From positions 1 through 44,346 of the forward strand of contig CAZDRS010000001.1 in the NCBI GenBank assembly GCA_964507585.1: DNA of 44,346 bases, read 5' to 3'. Numbering within the stretch: position 1 is the stretch's first letter; each line of letters opens with the position of its first letter. Position numbers and translations under genes: made by a program. Under the pieces are notes generated by a model that was given only the letters and a program-made list of their open reading frames with translations, made no database searches and had not been told where the DNA came from. The DNA comes from an uncultured Dechloromonas sp. (GTDB lineage Bacteria; Pseudomonadota; Gammaproteobacteria; Burkholderiales; Rhodocyclaceae). Shown in pieces: positions 1 through 9,963 of this stretch.

Positions 1-11
1 TGCCTTTCGGC

Positions 12-87
12 TGGTTGCGGGGGCAGGACTTGAACCTGCGACCTTCGGGTTATGAGCCCGACGAGCTGCCAACTGCTCCACCCCGCG
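12..87 (-). tRNA. tRNA-fMet (initiator, anticodon CAT)
   Basis: Reverse complement reads CGCGGGGTGGAGCAGTTGGCAGCTCGTCGGGCTCATAACCCGAAGGTCGCAGGTTCAAGTCCTGCCCCCGCAACCA. It has the C1:A72 mismatch, GGG/CCC anticodon stem, CAT anticodon, TTCAA T-loop and encoded CCA. Confidence 0.97.
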
Positions 88-154
88 TCCGTCAGAGGGG
101 CGCATTATCCAGACTCACCCCGGGGCCGTCAAGAACAATTTGGCTTTAAGGCGA

Positions 155-775
155 TTATTTTTTCTCGACCCAATTCACCAGCGATGACCATTGCTCCATA
201 TCGCGGCGATGCCTGGCCTTTGGCGGGTCAAATACAGTTGCCCCGGCCGCTGCCACGTTTACGTAGTTTTGAGTGTTGCGGAGGTAGGCGACGATGGGAA
301 TATCGAAATGCTTGAGAAACTCTTCAAGCATGCTTGCCGCCTTGGTACGCGGATCTACGCGCATGGCTACGATACCCACCTTGGCACGCACGCCCCGAAC
401 CTCACCACGAACGGCATTCAGGAAGTCTTCCGTAGCTGCCATATCAAATACAGAGGGCACGAGGGGAACAAGTACTTTATCTACAGTACGCAGATAGTCC
501 GACAATTTGTATCCTTGCAGGCCAGCCGGTGCATCGACAACGACCCAATCGGCCTCGCGAGGAAGGCTGAGGGAGATCTGGTTACCTCCGTAATAGCCGG
601 TAATAGCTGGCAAGGCCGGATCGCGAAAGGCCATCCAGCGCAAAGAGGATTGCTGGCGATCCAGATCGCACAGCGTCGTCTTCTTGCCCTGATTGGCAAA
701 ATAGCCAGACAAATTTGTCGCCAGCGTTGTTTTGCCAGCCCCGCCCTTAGGATTTGCAACCAGAACCGCCCGCAT
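155..775 (-). CDS. ParA/MinD-family ATPase (no parB nearby)
   Basis: 206 aa with deviant Walker A NPKGGAGKTT, DLDRQ and VVVDAP motifs. Confidence 0.9.
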   Translation of the reverse strand: MRAVLVANPKGGAGKTTLATNLSGYFANQGKKTTLCDLDRQQSSLRWMAFRDPALPAITGYYGGNQISLSLPREADWVVVDAPAGLQGYKLSDYLRTVDKVLVPLVPSVFDMAATEDFLNAVRGEVRGVRAKVGIVAMRVDPRTKAASMLEEFLKHFDIPIVAYLRNTQNYVNVAAAGATVFDPPKARHRRDMEQWSSLVNWVEKK

Positions 776-869
776 AAAGCCTCCCCGTGTATTTAACCGA
801 TGATTATATTCGTCGCCTCAAGCACGTCATAGATGCATAAAATGGAGCTTTCATTTTCATTAGCTAATC

Positions 870-1673
870 ATGGTCACGAAAGTTGCTAGCGACCGCCAAG
901 GGATTCAGTCTGTCGAGGTTGGTTTTCGGCTACTGAAGGTATTGGCCGCCACCAATCGCCCGATGATGTTGCGCGACATCGCCAAGGGTGCAGGAATGCC
1001 GGCAGCGAAAGCTCACCGCTATATGGTCAGCTTTTTGCGAATTGGCATCGTTGAACAAGACTCCAGTAGCGGCCGTTACGACTTGGGTGCCTATGCGCTT
1101 GAACTGGGGCTTTCCGGTTTAGGCAGACTGGATCCGGTGCGCTTATCTGGCCCGATTCTGGAATCCCTGTGCGAGGAGATTCACGAAACGGTCGCTCTCG
1201 CCGTGTGGGGAACGCATGGTGCAACGATTGTGCGCATTGCGGATGCGGGGGGGCCGATCACCATTACATTGCGACCGGGCACCACGCTCCCGCTCTGCAA
1301 CTCGGCCACGGGGCGAGCCTTTGCCACTTTTTATCGCTCACCCTATCTTAAAAAAATGCTGGACGACGAACTTAGGGAAATTTCGGAATCCACCAAGGTA
1401 GCCATTACTACAGTGCGTCGGCAACTTGAGAAGAATCTGTCGGAAATCCGCGAACACGGTATAGCCCGTGCAACCGGAAGCCTGACCCCGGGCATCAACG
1501 GCTTTAGTGCGCCGGTTTACGACCATAGCGGCAATATGGTTGCGGCAATTACATCGCTGGGCGCAATCGGCGAATTTAATGTGGAATGGGACAACCCAAC
1601 AGCGAAGGCAATGATTGCCGCTGCCAACGCACTGTCGCACCGATTGGGATTCGGCGGAATAGCAGCGGAGTGA
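870..1673 (+). CDS. IclR-family transcriptional regulator
   Basis: N-terminal QSVEVGFRLL HTH region and C-terminal NSATGRAF...GFSAPVYD effector domain. Confidence 0.93.
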   Translation: MVTKVASDRQGIQSVEVGFRLLKVLAATNRPMMLRDIAKGAGMPAAKAHRYMVSFLRIGIVEQDSSSGRYDLGAYALELGLSGLGRLDPVRLSGPILESLCEEIHETVALAVWGTHGATIVRIADAGGPITITLRPGTTLPLCNSATGRAFATFYRSPYLKKMLDDELREISESTKVAITTVRRQLEKNLSEIREHGIARATGSLTPGINGFSAPVYDHSGNMVAAITSLGAIGEFNVEWDNPTAKAMIAAANALSHRLGFGGIAAE

Positions 1674-1680
1674 AGCTGCT

Positions 1681-1706
1681 GCCCCCAAGCGGCCGGGGGC
1701 TTTTTT
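1681..1706 (+). terminator. Rho-independent terminator after iclR
   Basis: GCCCCC...GGGGGC hairpin followed by TTTTTT just after the stop codon. Confidence 0.8.
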
Positions 1707-2036
1707 GTGGGATTCAGAGGCTCCGGGTTTGGCAGTATGTGCGACACCGACCGGAAAGCGCCCCCATCAGGCTTTATCCGTCCACGACAGGACTGTCACT
1801 GACTTCCAGTCGCGGACGTTGAAAGGGCCGCTTGAGTCCGAAACCTGCCGGATTCTCTATTCGTGTTCTTCGGACAAAGCCGTCGGTCATACGACAACAG
1901 TCGTCTGGCCAATCTCCGTTATTAACCGGACGTTAAGTAGCAATCGCTTGGCGTAGGACTTTCCGCCTGACAAGGAGAGGCTGCAAGCTCCTTATATATA
2001 TGTGCATTCGCTTTTGCCAGACATCCCGAGACGAAC

Positions 2037-3218
2037 TTAGCGCAGGAGCAAGCCGTCGAGGGCGGTGATCATCTGGTCGATTTCCGTCACGCTGACGTTC
2101 AGGGCTGGCATGAAGCGTAGCAGATTGGGGCGCGGCGCATTGAGCAGCAGGCCGACCGGGGCCAAGGCCAGGGCTCTTTGTACGATGTCCGGGCCGCGCT
2201 CGTCATCGAGCACCAGGGCGCGTAGCAGGCCGGAACCGCGCTCCCCCTGCAAGCCGTGCTTGGCCGACAGTTCGAGCAGGCGCTTGGATAGGTAAGCACC
2301 CCGGGCCTCGACTTCGGCCAGGAAACCCGGCGCCAACATGCGCTTGATCACCGCGACGCCAACGGCAGTCATCAACGGGTTGCCGTTGTAGGTGCCGCCC
2401 TGGTCGCCCGGCACGAAGCAGCAGATCGCCTCACGGGCCAGCAATGCCGCCAGCGGCACGCCGCCGCCGATGCCCTTGCCCAGCGTCATAATGTCCGGCG
2501 TGATACCGGCGTGCTCGTAGGCGAACAGTTTGCCGGTGCGGCCGACGCCGGTCTGCACTTCGTCAACGATCAACAGGATGCCGTGCTGCTCGGTCAAGGC
2601 GCGCAACGCCTTGAGGAAGTCGAGATCGGCCGGGATGACCCCGCCCTCGCCCTGCACCGGTTCGAGCATGACGGCCACCGTCTTCGGCCCGATCAGCGCC
2701 TCGACCGAGGCGATGTCGTTATAGACGGCCTTCGGGAAACCGGAAACCTGCGGGGCGAAGATCGTTTCCCAGCCAGCCTTGCCGGAAGCCGACATGGTGG
2801 CCAGCGTGCGGCCGTGGAAGGCATGGCCGAAGGTGATGATCTCGAAGGCACCATCTCGATTCAGCTGCCCCCACTTGCGGGCGAGCTTAATTGCGCCTTC
2901 GTTGGCCTCGGCGCCGGTATTGGCGAAGAAGACGCGGTCGAAGCAGGAGTTGGCAGTCAGCAGGCCGGCCAGTTCGACCATCGGGCCGTTGTAGAAAGCC
3001 GGGCTGGGGTTGAGCAGCTTGCCGGCTTGCGCAGTGAGCGCGGCAGTGATTTCCGGTGGGCAATGGCCGAGGCAGTTAACCGCCCAGCCCTGGATGAAAT
3101 CCAGATAGCGCTTGCCCTGATGATCGATCAGCCAGGAGCCCTCGCCACGCTCGAAGACGAGATCGGGCCGGTTGGTGATGGTCATCAGGGAATCGGTGGA
3201 ATACGCGCCGTATTGCAT
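2037..3218 (-). CDS. argD: Class III PLP aminotransferase, acetylornithine transaminase-like
   Basis: [34 protein letters not shown] and TLGKGIGGG (PLP lysine). Start placed at MQYGAY (3218). Confidence 0.85.
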   Translation of the reverse strand: MQYGAYSTDSLMTITNRPDLVFERGEGSWLIDHQGKRYLDFIQGWAVNCLGHCPPEITAALTAQAGKLLNPSPAFYNGPMVELAGLLTANSCFDRVFFANTGAEANEGAIKLARKWGQLNRDGAFEIITFGHAFHGRTLATMSASGKAGWETIFAPQVSGFPKAVYNDIASVEALIGPKTVAVMLEPVQGEGGVIPADLDFLKALRALTEQHGILLIVDEVQTGVGRTGKLFAYEHAGITPDIMTLGKGIGGGVPLAALLAREAICCFVPGDQGGTYNGNPLMTAVGVAVIKRMLAPGFLAEVEARGAYLSKRLLELSAKHGLQGERGSGLLRALVLDDERGPDIVQRALALAPVGLLLNAPRPNLLRFMPALNVSVTEIDQMITALDGLLLR

Positions 3219-3275
3219 GGAAGGCTCCGGGAAAACGGGGGAAAAGGGAAGTATAGGTGCGGGTACTGCCCGCAA

Positions 3276-3728
3276 TTATTTCACTTGGCGTTGCGCCAGC
3301 CAGGCTGCCAGCGCTGCCTCGCAAAACTGCACATCCTGCGCCTCGGTACCGCCGGAAATACCAATGGCTCCGACACGCTGGTCATCGACAAGAATCGGCA
3401 CGCCGCCGCCGAATCCGACAAAGCGCTCACGATGCATCAGGCCATGGCGGAGCATTTCGCTGCCTTCGGCCAGTCGTTGATTCCATTTACTGGTCGCCCT
3501 GCCAAAACTGACCGCCGTATAGGCCTTATCGAGGGCGATCTCGATGGCGTGGAATGGCGCCCCGGGCTGACGCTTGAAAACCAGCGCATGACCGGCACGA
3601 TCGACCAGCGCGACGCAGATATCGACGCCGGCTGCTTGCGAAGCGGCCAATGCCTGGTTGGCAATCTCATCGGCTGCGGACAGGCCGAGCGAGGCAATCA
3701 TTTCAACGTCCACGAGATACTCCTTCAT
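3276..3728 (-). CDS. GlcG/HbpS-family heme-binding protein (DUF336)
   Basis: VALVDRAG, IALDKAYTA and GGGVPI...GAIGISGG...D motifs. Confidence 0.88.
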   Translation of the reverse strand: MKEYLVDVEMIASLGLSAADEIANQALAASQAAGVDICVALVDRAGHALVFKRQPGAPFHAIEIALDKAYTAVSFGRATSKWNQRLAEGSEMLRHGLMHRERFVGFGGGVPILVDDQRVGAIGISGGTEAQDVQFCEAALAAWLAQRQVK

Positions 3729-4971
3729 GCGCGGCCGTCACCTGCGCCACCAGGCGCTGGCGCCGCGAAAACAGAAAAACGACGAAGCACAGCAACACGC
3801 CCCCTTCGACCAGCAAGGTGCGCCCTGCCCCGAAGCCGGCGGCGACGAACCCGGCCAGCAAGCCGCCCAGCGCGTCGAAGCCGAAACGGGCCGAGGTGAA
3901 GAAGGAGACGATGCGACCGCGCAGGGTTTCCGGTGCGCAGCTCTGCAGGATCATGTTGATGCCGACGTTGCACACCGAGATACCGAAGCCGAGGCCAACC
4001 ATGCCGGCCAGCGCGAGCGGCAGCCAGGTGGTGAGCCCGAACACCAGCATCGACACGGCGCTGATCAGCACGCCGGCCACGACGGCCGACACCACGGCCG
4101 GCGTCGTCTTGCGGGTGGCGAGGAAGACGGTCGACAGGAACGCGCCGCAGCCGGCCGCCCCCCATAGCCAGCCGAGCGTCGTCGCATCGCCGGCGAAGAC
4201 GTCGCGGGCGAAGACCGGCAGCAGCACGGCGTAGGTCGAGGCCGTCAGGTTCAGCGCGATCAGGGTCAGGATCAGGGTGCGCACGCTCCACGTCTGCCAG
4301 GCGTAGATCAGGCCTTCCCTGAACACCTCGCCCATCGAGCCCTTGGCGCGGGGCGGCGGCGTGCCGCGCACGAGCAGGATGCCGGCGATCAGCGCCAGGA
4401 AGGAAAAACCGTTGATGGCGAAGCAGAAGGCTTCCGAAGTCAGGCCGAGCAGCAGGCCGGCGATGGGCGGGCCGATGAAGCGGCCGGCGTTGAACAGCAT
4501 GGCGTTGAGCGCCAGCGCGTTGGGCAGGTCGTCGCGACTGCCGACGAAGCTGCCGATCAGCGACTGGCGCAGTGGTGCATCGAAGGCGCTCAGGGTGCCG
4601 AGCAGCAGGGCCATGATCACGATGAAGCTGGTGCCGATCCAGCCGCCCCAGGTCAGCCCGGCCAGCACGAAGGCCTGCACGGCCATCAGCGACTGCACGC
4701 TGATCAGCCATTTGCGCTTGTCCTGCTTGTCGATCCAGGCGCCGGCCAGCGGCCCGACGACCAGCTGCGGGATCAGGCCGCAAAAGGCGGTGATGCCGAG
4801 CAGCGCCGCCGAGCCGGTCAGCCGGTAAACCAGCCAGGCCAGCGCCACCTGCTGTATCCACGAACCGAGGATGGAAACCGCCTGGCCGGCGAAATACAGG
4901 CGGAAATTGCGGTGCGCCAGGGCGCGCATGCCGGCGGGCAGGCGGCTGGCGGAAGAAGACGCTGCGCTCAT
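3703..4971 (-). CDS. MFS transporter (MFS_3/DUF894 type)
   Basis: ALAHRNFRLYFAGQAVS...GSWIQ start, about 12 hydrophobic segments, and a LRGRIVS motif. Confidence 0.88.
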   Translation of the reverse strand: MSAASSSASRLPAGMRALAHRNFRLYFAGQAVSILGSWIQQVALAWLVYRLTGSAALLGITAFCGLIPQLVVGPLAGAWIDKQDKRKWLISVQSLMAVQAFVLAGLTWGGWIGTSFIVIMALLLGTLSAFDAPLRQSLIGSFVGSRDDLPNALALNAMLFNAGRFIGPPIAGLLLGLTSEAFCFAINGFSFLALIAGILLVRGTPPPRAKGSMGEVFREGLIYAWQTWSVRTLILTLIALNLTASTYAVLLPVFARDVFAGDATTLGWLWGAAGCGAFLSTVFLATRKTTPAVVSAVVAGVLISAVSMLVFGLTTWLPLALAGMVGLGFGISVCNVGINMILQSCAPETLRGRIVSFFTSARFGFDALGGLLAGFVAAGFGAGRTLLVEGGVLLCFVVFLFSRRQRLVAQVTAAHEGVSRGR

Positions 4972-4993
4972 GCCGCGATTCTACCGGCTCCGC

Positions 4994-6193
4994 TCAGCCC
5001 GACATCCGGCGAAACAGCAGGTAGCCGAGCAGCGAAAGCGTGGCCGCGACGAGGATCACCCAGGCCATCGGCCGGCCGCTGCCGTCGTGCAGGTAGCTGA
5101 CCGCCGCGCTGGCCCACATGCCGAAGCCGAACTGGCTCGACCCGAACAGGGCGGCGGCGGCACCGGAATTCTGCGGGTAGCGCGCCATCAGCAGGCCGAC
5201 GCAATTGGCGCCGAGCAGGCCGGTCATCGAAACCACCACGAACAGGCCGCCGATCACCGCCGGCTGGGCGGCCTCGCCGGCCGACATGGCGAAGGCCAGC
5301 AGCAAGGCACCGGCGAAGCCGCAGAAGGTGCCGATGCCGGCCATCGCCGCAGGGCCGCGCGCCTTGACCTGACGACTGTTGAGGTAGTTGGCGGCAAAGA
5401 TGCCCAAGGCGTTGGTGGCGAACAGCAGGCCGTAAGCCGTCGGCGAGAAATGCTGCAGTTCGATGAAGTAGAACGGGCTGGCCGTGATGTAGGCGAACAT
5501 CGCGGCGAAGGACATGCCGCCGGCCAGCAGCAGGCCAAGCGCCACCGGGTCGACGGCGAGGTGGAAATAGGCGGCGAAGGCCGAGACCAGCGACATCTGG
5601 CCGCGGCGCTCGGCCGGCAGGGTTTCCGGCAGCATGCGCCAGACCACGACCAGGCTGAGTACGCCCCAGAGCAGCAGGGAGGCGAAGGTGCCGCGCCAGC
5701 CAAAGCCGACCAGCAGGCCGCTGCCGATCAGGGGCGCGACCAGCGGCGCAATGGCTGTCACCATCGCCATCAGCGACAGCTTGCGGATGGCCTCGGTTTG
5801 GAAATAAACGTCGCGAACGACAGCGCGCGCCAGTACCGAGGCTGCCCCGCCGCCCAGCGCTTGGGCGAAACGGGCGGCGATCAATTGCTCGACTGCCGAG
5901 GCGAACAGGCAGGCCAGACTGGCCACGCAGAACAGCGTGATACCGCTCAGCATCACGGCACGTCTCCCATAGCGGTCGGAAATCGGCCCATAGAACAGCA
6001 TGCCGATGGCGAAGCCGGCCAGGAAGACGGTGATCGAGGTCTGCACCGCCTCCGGTGTCGCCGATAAACCAGCCGCGATGGCTGGCAAGGCTGGCAGGTA
6101 GAGGTCGATGGAAAGAGGCCCGAAGGCGACCAGCGCGCCGAGCAGCAAAATGAAACGGCCCTCGCGGGCCGGTTCGATGAGAGGAGTCGTCAT
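4994..6193 (-). CDS. Bcr/CflA-family multidrug efflux MFS transporter
   Basis: GPLSIDLYLPALP and GPISDRYGRR motifs. Confidence 0.9.
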   Translation of the reverse strand: MTTPLIEPAREGRFILLLGALVAFGPLSIDLYLPALPAIAAGLSATPEAVQTSITVFLAGFAIGMLFYGPISDRYGRRAVMLSGITLFCVASLACLFASAVEQLIAARFAQALGGGAASVLARAVVRDVYFQTEAIRKLSLMAMVTAIAPLVAPLIGSGLLVGFGWRGTFASLLLWGVLSLVVVWRMLPETLPAERRGQMSLVSAFAAYFHLAVDPVALGLLLAGGMSFAAMFAYITASPFYFIELQHFSPTAYGLLFATNALGIFAANYLNSRQVKARGPAAMAGIGTFCGFAGALLLAFAMSAGEAAQPAVIGGLFVVVSMTGLLGANCVGLLMARYPQNSGAAAALFGSSQFGFGMWASAAVSYLHDGSGRPMAWVILVAATLSLLGYLLFRRMSG

Positions 6194-6212
6194 CGGAAGA
6201 TATTAATGTAAG

Positions 6213-6318
6213 CCGTCATTCCGCCTAGGCGCCCGAAGGAAGCGCAAAGCCGGGAATCCAGAAGCGCGCCAAACACTTTCGGAACATCTCTGGATTCCCG
6301 CTTTCGCGGGAATGACGG
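6213..6318. repeat. dRS3/REP-like inverted hairpin doublet, copy 1 (left unit expanded)
   Basis: CCGTCATTCC...GGGAATCCAG on the left and CTGGATTCCCGCTTTCGCGGGAATGACGG on the right. Confidence 0.8.
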
Positions 6319-6331
6319 TAGGGGGGTATCG

Positions 6332-7786
6332 TTACAGGCCGCCGAGCGCCAGGTACTTGGTTTCCATGTACTCGTCGAGGCCGTGGCTGGAACCTTCGCG
6401 GCCGATACCGGACAGCTTGACGCCGCCGAACGGGGCGACTTCGGTCGAGATCAGGCCGGTATTGACGCCGACCATGCCGTATTCGAGCTGTTTCGAGACG
6501 CGCCAGACGCGGCCGTGATCCTTCGAGAAGAAGTAGGCGGCCAGGCCGAATTCGGTGTCGTTGGCCATCCGGACGGCTTCTTCCTCGGTCTTGAAGCGGA
6601 ACAGCGGCGCCACCGGCCCGAAGATTTCCTCCTTGGCGACGGCCATGCCGGTCGTCACGTCGGCCAGGATGGTCGGCTCGAACCAGGTGCGGCCCAGCGC
6701 GTGGCGCTTGCCGCCGGCCACCACGCGGGCGCCCTTGTCGACCGCATCCTTGACCAGTTCCTCGACCTTGTTGATCGCTGCATCGTCGATCAGCGGGCCT
6801 TGCATCACGCCGTCTTCCATGCCGTTGCCGACCTTCAGGCCGGCGACAGCGGCGGCCAGCTTTGCGGCGAAGGTTTCGTAAATGCCGTCCTGGATCAGGA
6901 AGCGGTTGGAGCAGACGCAGGTCTGGCCGGCGTTGCGGTACTTGGAGGCCAGGGCACCGGCCACCGCGGCATCGACATCGGCGTCGTCGAACACGATGAA
7001 CGGCGCATTGCCGCCCAGTTCCAGCGACATCTTCTTGACCGTGCCGGCGCACTGCTGCATCAGCAACTGGCCGATCGGCGTCGATCCGGTGAAGGTCAGC
7101 TTGCGGACGATGGGGCTGGCCGTCATCACGCCGCCGATGGCCGACGCCTTGCCGGTCACCACGCTGAACACGCCGGCCGGCACGCCGGCGCGCTCGGCCA
7201 GTTCGGCCAGGGCCAGCGCGGAAAGCGGGGTCTGCTCGGCCGGCTTGAGGATGATGGTGCAGCCGGCGGCCAAGGCCGGGGCGACCTTGCGGGTGATCAT
7301 CGCCGACGGGAAATTCCACGGCGTGATGGCGGCGCAGACGCCGACCGGCTCCTTGGTGACGACGATCTGGCGATCCTTGAACGGCGACGGGATGACCTCG
7401 CCGTAGGCGCGCTTGGCTTCCTCGGCGAACCACTCGACGTAGGCGGCGGCATAGGCGATCTCGCCCTTGGCCTCGGCCAGCGGCTTGCCCTGCTCGGCGG
7501 TCATCAGCCGGCCGAGATCGTCCTGGTGCGCCATCAGCAGGTCGAACCAGCGGCGCAGGATGCGGCTGCGCTCGGCGGCCGTCGTTTCGCGCCAGGTCTT
7601 CAGTGCCTTGTCGGCGGCGACGATGGCGCGCTCGGTTTCGGCAGCGCCGCAGCGCGGCACGGTGGCGATGGTCTCGTCGGTCGCCGGGTTGGTCACCGCG
7701 ATGGTTTCGCCGCTGTCGGCGCCAACCCAGGCGCCGTCGATGTAGCAGGCCTGACGCAGCAGGTTGGAATCCTTCAATGCCAGCAT
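6332..7786 (-). CDS. gabD: NAD(P)-dependent succinate-semialdehyde dehydrogenase
   Basis: ITPWNFP, FTGST, LELGGNAP, RNAGQTCVC (catalytic Cys) and EEIFGP. It lies directly after hpaI, whose product includes succinate semialdehyde. Confidence 0.92.
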   Translation of the reverse strand: MLALKDSNLLRQACYIDGAWVGADSGETIAVTNPATDETIATVPRCGAAETERAIVAADKALKTWRETTAAERSRILRRWFDLLMAHQDDLGRLMTAEQGKPLAEAKGEIAYAAAYVEWFAEEAKRAYGEVIPSPFKDRQIVVTKEPVGVCAAITPWNFPSAMITRKVAPALAAGCTIILKPAEQTPLSALALAELAERAGVPAGVFSVVTGKASAIGGVMTASPIVRKLTFTGSTPIGQLLMQQCAGTVKKMSLELGGNAPFIVFDDADVDAAVAGALASKYRNAGQTCVCSNRFLIQDGIYETFAAKLAAAVAGLKVGNGMEDGVMQGPLIDDAAINKVEELVKDAVDKGARVVAGGKRHALGRTWFEPTILADVTTGMAVAKEEIFGPVAPLFRFKTEEEAVRMANDTEFGLAAYFFSKDHGRVWRVSKQLEYGMVGVNTGLISTEVAPFGGVKLSGIGREGSSHGLDEYMETKYLALGGL

Positions 7787-7807
7787 GGACTGTTCTCCTT
7801 GAATGTT

Positions 7808-8605
7808 TTAGTAAGCCGCGCCGCCCTGGGCGGAACCGGCCTGCTTGAATTTGTCGGCCAAGGCGACGGAGGCATTGCGCAGCAGCAAGGCATCGACGCC
7901 GACCAGCAGGAAGCTGGCGCCCATCTCGCGGTAGGCCGCCGCAATGCTCGGGTCGGCCGAGAACACCCCGGCCGCCTTGCCGGCCAGCGCGATCTGGCGA
8001 ATGGCGCCTTCGACGGCCGTCTTGACGTCTGGATGCCCCGGGTTGCCGAGGTGGCCCATCGAAGCGGCCAGGTCGGACGGCCCGATGAACACGGCGTCCA
8101 CGCCCTCGACCTTGAGGATGTCGGCCAGCCCGGCCAGCCCGGCGGTCGATTCGATCTGCACGATCAGGCACATTTCCTGGTCGGCCTTGGCGAAATAACC
8201 GTCCACCCCGTTCCAGCGGGCGGCGCGGGCCAATGCCGTGCCGACGCCGCGGATGCCGTGCGGCGGATAGCGCATGGCGCGAACCAGCGATTCGGCCTCG
8301 GCGGCGGTTTCGACCATCGGCACCATCAGCGTCTGGGCGCCGCCATCGAGCAGTTGCTTGATGCGGGCGACGTCGTGGTCGACGGTACGCACCACCGGCC
8401 GCACCGGGTACTGGCCGAGCACCTGCAGTTGTTCGATGATCGAGCGCAGGTCGTTGGGGCCGTGCTCGCCGTCGATCAGCAGCCAGTCGAAACAGGCCGT
8501 GGCGACCACTTCGGCGGCATAGGCGTTGGCCAGGCCGAGAAAGAGGCCGACCTGGGTTTCACCGGCGGCCAGGGCGCGCTTGAATTGGTTGAGGGGCATT
8601 TCCAC
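7808..8605 (-). CDS. hpaI: 4-hydroxy-2-oxoheptanedioate aldolase
   Basis: DWLLIDGEH, GIRGVG, VQIES and FIGPSDL (HpcH/HpaI family), in hpa context. Confidence 0.92.
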   Translation of the reverse strand: MEMPLNQFKRALAAGETQVGLFLGLANAYAAEVVATACFDWLLIDGEHGPNDLRSIIEQLQVLGQYPVRPVVRTVDHDVARIKQLLDGGAQTLMVPMVETAAEAESLVRAMRYPPHGIRGVGTALARAARWNGVDGYFAKADQEMCLIVQIESTAGLAGLADILKVEGVDAVFIGPSDLAASMGHLGNPGHPDVKTAVEGAIRQIALAGKAAGVFSADPSIAAAYREMGASFLLVGVDALLLRNASVALADKFKQAGSAQGGAAY

Positions 8606-8640
8606 GACGGACTCACTTTTTCAGTAAAAACTACAAATTT

Positions 8641-8709
8641 CGTCACTCCCGCGCAGGCGGGAGTCCAGAAAAACCAACAATCTGGATTCCCGCCTGCGCG
8701 GGAATGACG
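8641..8709. repeat. dRS3/REP-like doublet, copy 2
   Basis: GTCACTCCCGCGCAGGCGGGAGTCCAG...CTGGATTCCCGCCTGCGCGGGAATGAC. Confidence 0.9.
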
Positions 8710-8721
8710 GCATGGCCGATC

Positions 8722-9525
8722 TCATACGAAGCGGGCGCTGATGTTGCCGAGCGGGCCGTAATCGACATGGATGGTGTCGCCTGCAACAACCTTGACCGGG
8801 CGGGTGAAGGAACCGGCCAGGATGATCTGCCCCGGCTCCAGCGCCACGCCGTGCGGCGCGAATTTCTTGGCCAGCCACGAGATGCCGTTGGCCGGGTGGT
8901 TCAGCACGCCGGCGGCGACGCCGGTTTCCTCGATGATGCCGTTCTTGTAGAGCAGCGCGGCGGCCCAGCGCAGGTCGATGTCCAGCGGCTTGATCGGGCG
9001 GCCGCCGAGGATGATGCCGACGTTGGCGGCGTTGTCCGAGATGGTGTCCATGACCTTGCGCGGCCGCTTGGTTTCCGGATCGACGCGGTGGCAGCGGGCA
9101 TCGATGATCTCGACGGCCGGCGTCACGTAGTCGGTGGCCGACAGCACGTCGAAGATGGTGACGTTCTCGCCCTCCAGTCGATCCTTCAGGATGAAGGCCA
9201 GCTCGACCTCGACCATCGGGTCGATGAAGCGTTCGACCGGGATCTCGGCGGCGTCCTTGTAGACCATCTCGTCGAGCAGCGTGCCGAAGTCCGGCTCGTT
9301 GATCTGCGACGACATCTGCATGGCGCGCGAGGTCAGGCCGATCTTGTGGCCGACGATCTTCTGGCCCTCGGCCAGCTTCATCTGCACCCAGGCCTTCTGG
9401 ATGGCGTAGGCGTCGGGGATGGTGATTTCCGGGTGGTCGAGCGAAATCTGGCGCACCGGCTGGCGGGCCTTCTCGGCCTCGTGCAGGCGGCGGGCGGCGG
9501 CCTGGATGATGTCTTGGTTGAGCAT
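8722..9525 (-). CDS. hpaH: 2-oxo-hept-3-ene-1,7-dioate hydratase
   Basis: [34 protein letters not shown] and ILAGSFTRP. Confidence 0.94.
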   Translation of the reverse strand: MLNQDIIQAAARRLHEAEKARQPVRQISLDHPEITIPDAYAIQKAWVQMKLAEGQKIVGHKIGLTSRAMQMSSQINEPDFGTLLDEMVYKDAAEIPVERFIDPMVEVELAFILKDRLEGENVTIFDVLSATDYVTPAVEIIDARCHRVDPETKRPRKVMDTISDNAANVGIILGGRPIKPLDIDLRWAAALLYKNGIIEETGVAAGVLNHPANGISWLAKKFAPHGVALEPGQIILAGSFTRPVKVVAGDTIHVDYGPLGNISARFV

Positions 9526-9540
9526 GGTGAATCTCCTCTG

Positions 9541-9936
9541 TCAGTTCTTCTTGTAGCGGGGATGGATGTTGTTCTTCTTCCAGGTGCCGGCTTCGCTGAA
9601 TTCGGCGATCTCCATCGACAGCGCCAGGCCGTGGCGTTCGAAGAAGGCGGCGAAATGCGCGCTCAGCATGGCGAACAGTTCGTCGCCGGTTTTCTTCTTC
9701 GCTTCCTCCGAACGGCCGGCGCCGATCTTCAGCGTGGCATGCACGAAGGCGTCGGTCGGCTGGCTGCCGTCCGCCACGCAGTAGTCCTTGAGCCAGACGA
9801 CGCGGGAGCGGATGCCCCCGGTCGGGAATACCCCACCCTGGTCGATCAGCACCTGGTTGGACTTCTTCAACAGGCCCTGGATATCGGCTTCCGCCGTATC
9901 GAGGTTGTCGGTGATTTCGTAAGTCAGATGGGGCAT
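9541..9936 (-). CDS. hpaF: 5-carboxymethyl-2-hydroxymuconate isomerase
   Basis: Catalytic Pro1 (MPH), GGIRSR, KIGAGRS and KKNNIH. Confidence 0.92.
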   Translation of the reverse strand: MPHLTYEITDNLDTAEADIQGLLKKSNQVLIDQGGVFPTGGIRSRVVWLKDYCVADGSQPTDAFVHATLKIGAGRSEEAKKKTGDELFAMLSAHFAAFFERHGLALSMEIAEFSEAGTWKKNNIHPRYKKN

Positions 9937-9963
9937 TCCTAGCTCCTTGGCGTTATTGTTGTT

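Noticed and set aside
12-87. tRNA-fMet as the integration site for the catabolic region
   Set aside because: Its 3' end points out of the window to the left, and no integrase or duplicated tRNA end was seen in the window.
155-775. ParA as evidence of a plasmid or ICE
   Set aside because: No parB, rep or conjugation genes are present, and lone ParA-like ATPases are common on chromosomes.
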